A stretch of 63,294 bases of DNA, the filler included, from Basidiobolus ranarum (lineage: Eukaryota), in NCBI GenBank assembly GCA_040143965.1. It is 21 parts of 21 records of this genome, joined end to end, with 100 filler letters (N's around TTAATTAATTAA, not from the genome) between each part and the next. Parts side by side here need not be neighbours in the genome. Positions count along the whole stretch, not along the records: positions 12,113 to 15,038 come from JASJQH010002860.1; positions 15,139 to 18,063 come from JASJQH010002861.1; positions 18,164 to 21,087 come from JASJQH010002862.1; positions 21,188 to 24,109 come from JASJQH010002863.1; 17 more parts are not named here. One strand, given 5' to 3'. The notes beneath the pieces were generated by a model that had not been told where the DNA came from, searched no databases, and worked only from the letters and a program-made list of their open reading frames with translations. The translations under genes were made by a program, and so were the position numbers. This document shows, one piece after another, positions 12,113 to 23,995 of the stretch. Every line of letters begins with the position of its first letter. The stretch's first letter is position 1.

Positions 12113-12686
12113 CATCATCAAGTGAGCAAGCCCTTTTTGCTCATGATGTTCCACTAGGATTTCCCATGCATTCTTGGCAGAGTCAGCATCTCTGACTAGC
12201 ATAAGTTGTTGTGATCCCAGTCTCAGACATATTTCCCTAAATGCCAATCTGTCTTTTTCTTTGAATGCTGCCCTGGCTTCTTTGTTTCAGTGTCAGAATC
12301 TGTACTTTCTTCTTCTTTATCTGGTTGAACTACTTCCCAGACATGTTTCCCTTCATGCATAAGCCCTAACAAAAAAAATTGAAATTTGCATATCATACTA
12401 TTTTCTGACTGTTTTATAATGGTATTATGCTGGTATTGCAACAATTTTCTCATGGTTTCTCTACCAGTCTTTTTTTCCTCCCATTTTCTCATGGAATTCC
12501 TACCACTATATTTGTGTTTTCTCTGGTTTTCCTCTGGTATTGATTCCCATATTTTTCATAGGGAAGTTGCATCTTGAATTTCCATTCATGGAAATCTTCC
12601 CCATTGAATGTTGGAATATTAGTAATCTTGTTTTGGGAAGAAGACTCTAATTCACTCACTGCTACCATGTTGGAGGATTTTAACAT
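12113..12686 (-). mobile_element. Ty1/copia gag, interrupted by a MITE
   Basis: IPTFNGEDFHEWKFKMQL | MHEGKHVWEVVQP...AFREICLRLGSQQLMLVRDADSAKNAWEIL. Confidence 0.85.
12364..12563. mobile_element. 200-bp non-autonomous CCCTA element (MITE) with 3-bp TSD AAG
   Basis: Starts CCCTAACAAAAAAAA, ends TTTTTCATAGGG; AAG at 12361-12363 and 12564-12566; removal restores the gag frame. Confidence 0.9.
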
Positions 12687-12699
12687 AATTGGGGTAGAC

Positions 12700-12983
12700 T
12701 TTGTGTATTAGAAGCAACTTATGATAGTGTGTTTTAGTTGCATTATTCTTAAGAGTATATGGTGACTTACATAGCAGAAAGGTAAATCAATTGTTTGAGA
12801 TATTCAGGAGCTTGTGTAATAAGATATAATAGATAAGTGGGGTAATAAGACATACTTGTTATATAAATATAGGGATATTCCTATTTAGAATATAGGGGCT
12901 ATAGATACATTGCTTTCTGTTTCTGATATATGTATTGTAACTAAAGTTTACTATGATGTTGAATAAAGATTAATTATCCAACA
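12700..12983 (-). repeat. copia LTR type C (5' LTR of the gag above)
   Basis: Minus strand starts TGTTGGATAATTAATC; homologous to 3371-3538; inner boundary approximate. Confidence 0.7.
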
Positions 12984-12999
12984 TCATCCCCCCTAACTA

Positions 13000-13162
13000 T
13001 ATTTACATCCTCAAAACTGGATTACATTGGTAATCAAGTTAAGTATAGATATGATTCAGTTTTGTCACAATATCTTAAAAGATTGATTTCATGATTGTTG
13101 CTTTATTTAGATTAGTACATAAGCTAAATAAAGTCCACACCATGTGGTGCTTTTCATCCCCT
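13000..13162. repeat. Dispersed repeat end, possible hAT terminus
   Basis: Homologous to 56865-57030 and 23996-24109 (reverse); ends GGTGCTTTTCATCCCCT. Confidence 0.6.
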
Positions 13163-13166
13163 CTAT

Positions 13167-13278
13167 GTCTTGACAAAAGTATAAATGTCAACTGAATACT
13201 TAATAAATCAATAAGTGAAAGCTACCAATTTCTCTAGTTCTCCAAACCACTACAAACAAACTCTCAAATACTTTAACA
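13167..13278 (+). repeat. copia LTR type A, 3' fragment
   Basis: Matches ~11853-11962, ends TACTTTAACA. Confidence 0.75.
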
Positions 13279-14679
13279 TCCACAATGACGTTTTTGTTAA
13301 AAAACCTGGTCAGGGATTTAGTGTTTTGCGGTGAGACTATGTACCCTAGTATCACAAAAAATGTCACAGGGTGCCAATCGCTTTGAAAGGTTTGCGCAAA
13401 GTTAGTTTTGATATGAGGCAATACTGGGATTTATTCTTGAAGTGCATGCTTTTTAAGCTGGCAAAGCTACTACAAGGGCTAATTAGAAGGCTAGTATACA
13501 TATAAATATTCCCTAACACTCCGGCTTCATTTGATATGAGGTGGTAAGCTGGCATTATCTGCATTCCAGCCATATTTCATTAGGAATTAGAGAAGAAAGG
13601 CCAAAGCATCCAGTAAAAAGGTTAATGGAGACGCACCAACGTACTCTGCATGCGGTGGTATCTTTTTAGTGGTAGGCTTGTCTGGGGGATTAATAAGAGG
13701 TTGATTGTCAGCATTGGTTGAATTGACAGTAGTAGGTGGATTGACCGGCATCTATGATGGGCTAGAGTATTGAGATGTTCAGATGTCACCAGAGTTTAGT
13801 AATAGTTAAGTTTTACTTGACACTTCGGACACTATTTAAAGCTTTATATATATTGTTCAATTTGGACACTTAGGGACTTACAAATTCTAACCTCACATGT
13901 CAATCTCAGTTACATCATTTTTCCATCACAAACAACGAATCTCGGTTACATAGTGTTGGACTAGAATTCTTGGCACCAATTCATTGCAAAGTATTAGTGT
14001 TAGGCGCTGATGCACACAATGAAACATCCTAGACCAGTTTACGAATCGCTAAAATTAGCAGCAGAATGAGTAACCACAGTTGGGAATTTATAGTACAATC
14101 TGGACAGTGCCAGCCAGGTATATTGAGGCAAAAGTTAGAAAAAATCCAGTTGGAAGCACTAGATACGCATTTCTCTTTTGGTTGATACGATGGTGGCATA
14201 GAGTGCCTACAACTATTGCTATTCAATAGATACTCTATCATATGCCATTATACTTGGCCAATGCTAGCGTTGATATGCATGTAGTCTTTCACTTTGTTAT
14301 TGTTGCTGACACAAAAAAATGCAAAGTGAATGATTCAGTATGAAGGAGAAGTTTAACAATATCCACGACGACCACCTCAACCACCCGAGTCTGAATTTTC
14401 AAGGTTTGCTTCACCGAAAATTTAAAGATTTCTGTAAAGACTGATAACTGATCTGCTACTCATGCTAGAAGAGCTATACCCTCTCTCTGTGATTCTATTA
14501 CTGACTTTAGAAAGTCTTCCCCCACAAAAACTGAAGCAAACGTTTGGATACGAGTCCATTTGACTTTGACACTATTTGGATTGGAAGGTAACCTCAGCTT
14601 TTACATTCAAGTTTTCATGTGTGTGAGATCCGTATTACCAGTTATGTATGCGTATTTAGTAAGGTAATCGTAAAATGAA

Positions 14680-15038
14680 TCACTTATCCTTCGTTCGATT
14701 GTATCAGGAGATTTGCTGGATATTGTTAAAAATGCCGATCTTAATGAATGGGACAAGATCCTTGCTACCCTTTGCACCTATTCTCGTCCTGAGAATTTCG
14801 CCAGCCTTTGTGAAAAATTTGGTTCGTGGTTGGAAAGCGAATGGAGTAAAGTGCAAATCACAAGGAGAAAACCTAGCTTAACAGCCCCATACACCACGCC
14901 TCTGTGTGCTACCTCGCTTCAGACAACATAGACAAAGTGATTAGTATTTGGGTGGCGCAGGAAATTGAAGCTGAGACTAGGGCTCTTGCTGATCAAACCT
15001 CCACTCGCGGCCAAATTCTTCAGGAATTTATTGAAAAG
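14680..15038 (+). pseudogene. SEC31: Sec31 (COPII outer coat)-like fragment, frameshifted
   Basis: LRSIVSGDLLDIVKNADLNEWDKILATLCTYSRPENFASLCEKFG, then in another frame CYLASDNIDKVISIW; I could not find intact upstream exons. Confidence 0.7.
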
Positions 15039-15138
15039 NNNNNNNNNNNNNNNNNNNNNNNNNNNNNNNNNNNNNNNNNNNNTTAATTAATTAANNNNNN
15101 NNNNNNNNNNNNNNNNNNNNNNNNNNNNNNNNNNNNNN

Positions 15139-16041
15139 TGGATGAGTATGCCAAGATCAAAATCATGACAGTATCCCCTCCTTTAGTGCTGGCTCCCAAA
15201 CATCTTAGGGCCAGGTTCTTCTGGGTAGGCTATATCAAACCTAAGAGTTGGAAAGATTTGTTGCTGCTCCCATGATTGATTATTTGTTGAGTATCCCTTC
15301 CAGTGCACTAAATACTGCTATTTATGTCAATCAATTCTGGAATCTAGAATTTTGCTAACTTCATATTCATGGTGTTCTACTTGGATTGATGGGGGTGGGT
15401 CAATGGATAGGCCATGAAAGGTATTTCTGGAAAGTGGCTCTAGGAGAGATACATGGAATACATTGTGGACTTTGAAATGGGCTGGGGGTTCAATGCAGAA
15501 GGCTATGGAATCAATTTGCTAATAATCTTAAGAGATCCTAATCTTTTGTGACCAGGTTTATCACAAAGTCTAGTGGTTTTGATATTTTTATAAATTAGCC
15601 ATACATATTCTCCTGGCTTGATATGTGGGTTTGGCTTTCTTTTCTTATCAGCAAAGTTCTTGTCATGGGAATGAACATGCTCCAACTTGGATATTAATTG
15701 ATTATATCTTTAAGGAAAGTGACAAGATCTGAGGCAGCAGGACAAGGTAGATTGGATGGAGGGTGACTTGCAAGACAAGGATGGAATCCATAATTTGCAA
15801 AGAAAGGAATTTGCTTTGTTGAGGTATGATAAGAGTTGTTGTAAGTAAATTCAGCAAGATGCAAGAGTAGTGTCCAATGAACTTGATCATAGTTAATAGT
15901 ACATTGCAAACATTGTGCCATCACTTGGTTGTCTCTTTCTGCTTGACCATCAGATTGGGGATGGAAGGCAGTGGAGAGATTGGCAGAGATACCCAAAGTT
16001 TGGAGGAGACTTTTCCAGACTTTCAAAGCAAACTGAGGTCC
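15139..16041 (-). mobile_element. Ty3/gypsy chromovirus 3' end: integrase C-terminus, chromodomain, PPT, LTR start
   Basis: LSTAFHPQSDGQAER...AEFTYNN...PFFANYGFHP; chromodomain EYEVSKILDSR...YLVHWKGY (~15290-15370); PPT AAAGGAGGGG (15175-15184); LTR starts TGTCATGATT at 15170. Confidence 0.9.
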
Positions 16042-16586
16042 AGTAATGATTCTGATCTTGGCATACTGATCCACTGCAGATAGAACACTTCTATTATTAG
16101 ATTATGACATCATATCTGCTGTGCCATTCCTTCTTGGCAATCTGGTGTTGGTTCATCCAGATTAGCTTATATGGAAGTCATGTTCTTTGGAACATTCCAT
16201 GAAGCCTAACCAATCATGTCATCCCACACATAGTGTATTTCCACCAAGACTTTCCATAGAAGGTCACCTGAGCATCCTAACATCATCCTTACATCACTCT
16301 CTTTGTATTGGTACTTGTAGTCCCAAACACCCCAACTCTTGAACTTGCTACAGTATATTCCCTATTCAGTATATTATGTTTCATCTTGCAATATCTATAT
16401 AAGCCCCATGTATTCCCTGATCAGACCTCAGTCTGATCAATGCCAGTTATCAATAAAGATTCTTGCCAAAGTATCTTCCTTGTCCAGTCTTGTCTTGTCT
16501 TGTCTTGTGGTCTACACCCATGTACTCTCCTGCCTTCTAGCCTCTCTTCATTGTTTCCAGTCCTTGTCCAGTTCCTTATTGTGACA
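16042..16586 (+). repeat. gypsy LTR in opposite orientation
   Basis: Starts AGTAATGATTCTGATCTTGGCATACT, matching the LTR start at 15170 (minus); has TATATAA and AATAAA, ends GTGACA. Confidence 0.7.
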
Positions 16587-16777
16587 CCTAGTGTGTATTT
16601 ATTGCTACAATTGATTGAGACATTGACAAGAAACCATTTACATACTTTCAATAGTTTTCATAAGTTCTATACATCTTCTCAAACTTTCACCCATGCTTTA
16701 CAGGCATGCTCAATGCAATCTATGCTTTTCCAATGCTCCAGATGCCTAGTAAACTATAAATTGGATATATGGGATTT

Positions 16778-18063
16778 CCCTTAAAGAAACTTGAGGATTG
16801 TTATTGTAGGAAAACAGTCACAATTTTAATCCATTTGGGGTTGACCATTTACTTACCATCATAAAATTGTCATGTTATATTTGATTTTAATCAATTTTTG
16901 CAGTTTCAAGAGAGAAATTTCAAGATCTCACCAAATAGTTGCATATGTTTGGCTACAATCTCTGAAAACTATGGATCACACATGTGCAAAAAATATAACT
17001 CATATTTTACACAATTACCACTTGAATGCTAATTTGTCACCTTTGAAATCCCTGGTCTCTTGAATACATTCTCTTGAATATTTTTCTAGAGTTCTTCACA
17101 ACCAAGGTTTAGCTCATACCCAATATGAGTTTGTATCAATATCTCCAACAAAGCCCACCATTGTATTAATGTTGCTGAATCAACATTCTTCCAGCTATCT
17201 GGCAGATACCCTGAAATATTGTGCCACTCTGTATTAAATTCTTCCCAGATATCTGCATGGTCAACACCAGACTGAATGTTGAGTTGAATGTTCTTCTTCT
17301 GAAGCCACTTTCTGCATACTTGCACTTGGTTTTTCCCTTCATACTTTTAAAAATACTCCTCAAGCACTTTGACTATTTTTGTACATCCTTGTAGTGTGAC
17401 ACTCCTGAGGGTGCTTTGTGGTTTGTGCAGCTTTTTGCTTGCCTTTACCTTTGGGACTAATTTCAACACTTTGAAAAGTACCACTTGAGGTTGGAGAGCC
17501 ATGAGTTTTATTTGCTGGTGTTTTGGCCTGCTGAGAGGTGCCAGGTGTTGTATAAACTTCCAAGTTTAGCACTCTTCCAACAGGTGTACCCAGTTCCATG
17601 GTGAAAATAAGCTTTTTTGCCAGTATACCTGACTCTGGATATGCAGATCTTTGTAATGGTGTGAAGAATTTGGTAAGTGGGACAGTAGACCTCAAACTTG
17701 CTGGCCCCTTTGCTTCCCCCTTGGGTTAACTAACTTCCTGCTCCTTCAGTACTTCTTTAGCTGCTTTTCTTTCTTTTCCAAGTTGATAATTGTATACATT
17801 TTTGAGATGTCTCATGAATAGGCCTATGCTAGCCAAATTGCATCTGCTTGCAAAAACCCAGGATAAGCCATTTGAAATAAGTCAAGAACTTTCAGAGTAA
17901 TGTCTGGTTTTTGGTTTTTCCCCAATTGGCTCAAATCCAGGTTATTTTGGGCAAGATTCCACACAGTTTCCAAAATGTTAAACCACTCATCATCAGAGCA
18001 AGTGATGGCAGCTCCAACATTCAGAGTCTTTTGGTTTGCAGGTTTTCCTATGAGATTTCTACT
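16778..18063 (-). mobile_element. CCCTA/CMC transposon left end with 3' half of accessory gene
   Basis: Starts CCCTTAAAGAAACTTGAGG (variant of CCCTAACAGAAATTTG); minus-strand ORFs STVPLTKFFTPLQRS... and VCRKWLQKKNIQL...TLIQWWALLEILI. Confidence 0.8.
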
Positions 18064-18163
18064 NNNNNNNNNNNNNNNNNNNNNNNNNNNNNNNNNNNNN
18101 NNNNNNNTTAATTAATTAANNNNNNNNNNNNNNNNNNNNNNNNNNNNNNNNNNNNNNNNNNNN

Positions 18164-20200
18164 TTGCTTTATTTCTGGACAATAAACAATTATCTCACAC
18201 AGCTATTCACAACTCCACTGTTCTAAAGTTCCTCCAAGCAGCCCATATTTTCCCAATAGTTTATGAGCCCCATTTTCAAACCTTTACAGCATGACAGAAA
18301 CCATCACTACCACTTTCATTAACTCAAGTGTTGACAAACTTGATTGAAAAAGTTACAATTTCAGGAAGTTCAAGATGCAAATCATGCTGGCAAACAGAGA
18401 GCTTTGAGAGGTAGTCTCTGGCGATGAAAAGGAACCTTCTGACTCTTCTTTATTGAAAGCTACAAGAAAAGAGACAAGAAGGCCTTAATGTCAATTGTCA
18501 AAGTTTGAAGGACTCTCAACTTATGAATATTCAATATGCAAAGACTTCCCATCAAGCTTGAACTATACTGGAAGAGTGTTATGATGCAAAGAGTCTTGCT
18601 AATAGACTCTTTCTCAGACAAAAACTCTTCAATATAAATATGCAAAAGTCTGAAAGCATGGTTACTCATATTGCAAATGTGAGATCTTTAGTGAAACAAC
18701 TGAAAATATTGGTGCTACTTTACAGGAAGAAGATGTCATTATTACTTTTCTACTTAGTCCCCCAGAACAGTATTCAAACATGATCAGAGCTTTTGAAGCA
18801 AGTTCTGACAGGCTATTTTAGGAGTTGGTGATGGCAAAACTAATTGATCAACATCTCAGAAGTAAGAAATTACAAAAAGAATCTGAGGAAGTGGCTCTTT
18901 TTGGAGCTGGAAAATGTAGCTTCAGTAGGTACATAGGTTACAGGAGAAGGAAACCAGGTTTACACTGAGATTGTAACAAACCAGGATACCAGTTTAAAGA
19001 TTGCAAATCAAGATATTACAACAAAAATGAGAAGTCAGAACAAGCAAATGAGGTTTCAGCCAAAAGGAAGTTTTATTCATTTCTGCCCTATCAGTGATGT
19101 CTAAAGAAGACTCTAAGACATGGTATATTGATTTTGGAGCCTCTCAATATTTCTCTAATCAAAAAAACTGGTTTAAGAAACTCAAAACTGACATGAACAA
19201 GCAGGTTGGTATGGGAGATGACTGGCCACTAGAAGCTCTGGGAGTGGGAGAAATTGAAGTGGACTTTGGGGCATCCCTGGGGACATGTATTTGACACTGA
19301 AAAATGTGCTGCATGTGCCTGTGATAGCAAAATATTTGTGATTAGTTAGTAAAGCTATATCTGAGGGATATAGCTTTAATTTTGATCAAAATAGCTGTAC
19401 AATCAGGGATCAAAAAGGGCATTATGTAGCTTCTGGAGCTAAGCAAAATAGCTTGTGTAGACTTCATTCTATTGGGCCAATATAGGAACAAGTTAATACT
19501 GCCACAGCTGATGAGACCGACTGGAAAATCTGGCATAGGAGAGCAGGTCATCTAGGAGCTGAAAATATTAGAAATTCAATCAAATGCAAGATGGTTTTGG
19601 GACTAAATTTTGTAAATCCACCAGATTTGGAGCTAAGTGAATGTTGTCTATATGATATGCAACACAGACAGCCATTTGAGGGCTCTGGAATGAGCACAAT
19701 TGATCAAAATTTGGGCCTCATACACTCAGATCTATGTGGCCCAATGCAGACAAAATCCTTAGGCAGAAAAAGGTATTTGATGACTTTATTGTTGATAAGA
19801 CAAAGTATACTTGGGTGTACTTTCTGGCTAGTAAGGAAGAAGTCTTTGATACCTTCACAAAATTTGAAGCAATGGTGGAGACTGAAACAGGTCTAAAGAT
19901 TACAATTATCTGTACTAATAATGGAGGGGAATATATCTCAAAACTCTTCTCTAACTTCTGCTCAATGTGTAGGATAAAACAGCAGACTACAGTGCCTATT
20001 CCCCACAGCAGAATGGAGTAGGAGAGTGTGCAAAAAGATCAATAATGAAAAAGGCAAGATCAATGCTTCATTATCAAGATTTACCAAAAAAGATCTGGGC
20101 TGATTTGGTTGCAACTGCAGTATATATTAGGAACAGATGTGCTTCTAGGTCTCAATTGGCTATGAGTTCTTATCAAGCTTAGTTTGGAAGTAAACCTGAT
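18164..20200 (+). mobile_element. Ty1/copia 5' half (PBS, gag, protease, integrase), degenerate
   Basis: PBS variant GTTTATGAGCCC (~18259-18270); KFKMQIML, WYIDFGAS, LIHSDLCGPMQ, TNNGGEYIS; truncated after GSKPD by a CCCTA element. Confidence 0.9.
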
Positions 20201-21087
20201 CCCTAACAGAAATTTGAAGATTGTTATTGTAGGTAAACCATCACAATTTTAATCTATTTTGGGATTGACCATTTACTTGCCATCATAAATTCTTCAAGTT
20301 AAATTTGATTTGAATCAATCTTTTCAGTCTCAGGAGTGAAATTTCAATATATTTCCGGTAATGGATGGCAATTTTAGTGTATCACAAGCGGTTTCTAAGC
20401 ATTACATTACACCAAGTTTACCATCTGAAAATTTCAATGCCATCCAAAAAGCATTCAAAATTTAAATCAAAATTGGCTTCCAAGCCAAAGCCTGCTGGCA
20501 CAAAAGGAAAAAAACCAGCAAGAACAGAGGACTTGATTGATGAGCAGTCTAGCAATCCACTATCCACTATGGAAGGCATTAACATGCCAGAAACTAACTC
20601 AAGTAATGATGAAGCATTGATCAATTTACCAGATGTGTTTCTTTCAGCAATAGTGCAAGTGAAGAGATTATAATCCCCCAATTATGCGGTATATCCATAG
20701 TTGAGCAAAGTTTGACCAAAGCACTGTCAAGATCATAAGCTTCCAAAATGGCTACTTTGCCCACTACTGAACAACCCTCTGTAGAAAATTTGGATAGAGT
20801 TATTACAACAAGGGATTTTCAGGCAGAACACCATAATGATTTGTATGAAATCCTATGCAAAAACTATAAAAGTTGCTATAGAGGCCATGACAAGCAATAA
20901 CACTGCAATATTGCAATTAATCCAGTGTTTTGAAGCAACTAGTCAATAGTTAGAGAGTCACTCAACAATGATACAAGACCTTCAGAATGCTGTACTTGAG
21001 CTACCACAACATGCTGCTCCCTCCAATGATTCTCATATGGGATTTCACTCAATCCCACACCATACATAGGAATGTTGCCATGACAAT
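20201..21087 (+). mobile_element. CCCTA/CMC left end joined to 5' part of accessory gene (rearranged or nested copy)
   Basis: Starts CCCTAACAGAAATTTG at the copia break; ATG at 20437 gives MPSKKHSKFKSKLASKPKPAGTKGKKPARTEDLIDEQ. Confidence 0.8.
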
Positions 21088-21289
21088 NNNNNNNNNNNNN
21101 NNNNNNNNNNNNNNNNNNNNNNNNNNNNNNNTTAATTAATTAANNNNNNNNNNNNNNNNNNNNNNNNNNNNNNNNNNNNNNNNNNNNTGCATTGAAATGT
21201 TGTTTATTAATTCAAATCTATATTTGCTCTTGCGAACTTAACCCTAACTTTGGTTTATGCTATCATTTAAATTATGCTATTTCCAACAA

Positions 21290-21362
21290 GACCCTACATA
21301 TCAGTGGATAGAGCGCCCGCTTCCTAAGCGGAAAATCCCAGGTTTGACCGCTGGTTGGGTTG
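21290..21362 (+). tRNA. tRNA-Arg(CCT), probable pseudogene
   Basis: 73-nt cloverleaf: D-loop AGTGGATA, anticodon loop TTCCTAA, T arm CCAGG-TTTGACC-GCTGG; mismatches in all stems, C at position 8, TTTGA in place of TTCGA. Confidence 0.75.
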
Positions 21363-22581
21363 TGCTTTGTAATATATCACTTTGGATATCACACAAAGTC
21401 GGTTACAGCATTTTTACAATATTTGTATGTCAATATAATTATTTCTTAAGATTGTACAATGGGTATGTGGATCCTTAAGAATGGCATCAATAATACTTCG
21501 CATGAATGGACGATTATAAGCGTAAACTGTTTAAAAGCGTAAGCTATAAAAGTTAGTTTAATATCAAGAGCTTGAGTTAAACTTGAGTGATAGGCCAGTG
21601 ACTGGATTCGATATCTTCTTGATGCCACATTCGCGTTTCTCGCTTGCTATCAAAGTTCGAAGATTTGGCTGGGAAAACATGACGAAGTTGTTGTGCTTGC
21701 ACATGGTGAGATTAGTGCCCAATAAGTGGTTATTCGATTCTTTCTGGTTACTTGATAGATTGTGTTGCATAATGCTCGTGTACAACTTGAAAGATTGTGT
21801 ATCAAGGTAGTGTCATCGGAGTACAAGATCCATGAATCGATACTTGTCTGGTACAAATGGCAGGAAAGAATCATGATTGGTTCCCAAGTATGTTCACACC
21901 AAAATTGGCTGTACCATATATAACCTATTAAGGTAGGGAATCGATTCGCGGTCATTCATTGTTGCGCAATATCTTGATTATGAAATATTGTAATGGATCT
22001 AGGGCAACTTGTTCTAGGTATAGAGCACCAGCATCGCTAGTATATATATCTGTGCTACTCGAGCATTGCTTACATGTATGGAAAGAACAACTTTATGTCG
22101 TGATAAAAAACTCCATCTATCAATAAGTAGATTTCTGCCAGTGACACACAAACTAAATTATTATGCCACGGGAGAGAGGGGAGCAGCCATGATATAGAAA
22201 AGTAGTTAAAGTGAACAGATACGATATCATCGAGCTCTAAAGAGAAGATAGTGGTTGGTCATCTTTATCAATCCTAGGCTTGGTTTCTTTTGCAATAGAG
22301 TATGCCCATTATGGAGAATATACTTATTAAATGGTAATTCTCGCGGACGGAAAATATGCATGTTATCTACGATTATGTTGACGGAATGACTTGTACCGAT
22401 TCTGAACAATGTAAATATACAGTTTGAAGATCAGTATCCAGTGATATTTTTACTCAAGTGGTAACACACCTTTACACAAAATATATTTGGTAGCCAGTGA
22501 TCAATTACTATATTAGCTACATGGTGGGGCTTCAGGAGTTATAAGAAGGAGGCAACTCTTGAGTAATCTTCATTCCACAAA

Positions 22582-22878
22582 ATGGTTCGCATCAACCTCT
22601 ACGCTATAGCTGCTGCGCTTCTCTGTACCTCCGCCTATGCTAGTAACTTTGTAGCTTACTCTGGAGGTCATTATTCTGGATCTAGCAAGAGCATTGGAAA
22701 GTGTGGCTGCTCTTCCATTCCCTACAGAGGTAGTTACAAGTGGTACGCTGAGGGCCAAAGTGGACGTGTCTATAATGGATCCGGATGTAGCGGAGCCGCC
22801 CATTCCGTATTAAAGAGTGATGCAAACTCTGAGCAATCATCCAGTTATGGCTGGAAGAGCATCTTCATTGTTTGCTAA
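22582..22878 (+). CDS. Secreted MiAMP1 (beta-barrelin)-like antimicrobial peptide
   Basis: Intact 98-aa ORF, ~20-aa signal peptide, KCGCS, GQ..VYNGSGCSG.AH and C-terminal GWKSIFIVC as in Macadamia MiAMP1; TATA-like TTATAAGAAGG upstream. Confidence 0.9.
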   Translation: MVRINLYAIAAALLCTSAYASNFVAYSGGHYSGSSKSIGKCGCSSIPYRGSYKWYAEGQSGRVYNGSGCSGAAHSVLKSDANSEQSSSYGWKSIFIVC

Positions 22879-23834
22879 GTCCAACTATTTGCTTATGGTT
22901 ATGAAGGCATTATCTTTCTACATATTCGCCTTTGATTTTTACAATCATTGACTCAAGTATACTACTAAATATCAAGTGAAATTAAGTCTTAGAAATATGT
23001 TATCATACTAGCTTTAAATTTGCGTATATCTGAATAGTAAAAGCATATCTTCAGGTACTTTCAGCCCATAAAGAACAAAAGAAACTGATGTTTCCACTTG
23101 ATTTGAAAGTGTACCTCATTTATGCCATCTCAATTATGACAATTCTGAATTCATTAACAATTAAGCACAACCGTACATTTCACAGATTAAGTTAGTATTA
23201 CGATAGTTTTGAATACAAAAAATACCCATATTAATATCATCTATCAATACCAGATTCTGACTAATGAATAACAACGAAGATAGTCTCTGCGGGAAGTTGT
23301 GTCATTCTTGTGGTAGCTTTGCAAATAAATATTTAAATAGACGTAACAGGAGTCATTTTGCTACGCCAAAGACTGAAATACATGTGTAAGGTGTTTTGAA
23401 AGTAAAACCTATTGATAGTCAGCTGCTTATCGTATTCATGTAACTATCCACTGTGTTGCTTGGTGTTTGCCTCATGATTTTGATGTATATTATCGCTATA
23501 TTTCTTTTCTTGTACCTCTAGATCATTTCACTACGCTGTCCTAAGTTTGAGTTACGCGAATCATATTAATATGGAGCTGTGGGAGATAATACTGACGGTG
23601 CAATTCCACAAAGCTCATCTTTAGACTACGTGATGTGAAAGATAGGTGGGAAATAATGACAAGTAAGGCCAGCATTTCTCGTATTACAGATAAGAATAAG
23701 ACTACTATTAAGTCATTAAGTGCACTCAAATACTAGTGCTAAAGTAGAATCGTTGATCTTTTTTGCTACTATAGTATATGACTGATATGAAAATATGACT
23801 GTTCGACGATAATACTCGATGGGAGGTTTTTACG

Positions 23835-23995
23835 GCTTCTGAAAAACGTAAATATACAGTTCGAAGAAGAATATGAAGCGATATTTTTGCTTAAGTGGCA
23901 GCATAAGATATATTTGGTAGCGAGTGATCAATTACCTTATTTGCTACATCGTGGGGCTTTGGGAGTTATAAAAGGAGACATCCCTTTGGTAATCT
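23835..23995 (+). promoter_or_regulatory. Diverged duplicate of the MiAMP1-like gene promoter
   Basis: Collinear with ~22400-22570 (GTAAATATACAGTT, ATATTTGGTAGC, AGTGATCAATTAC, GTGGGGCTT, GGAGTTATAA, GTAATCTT). Confidence 0.8.
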
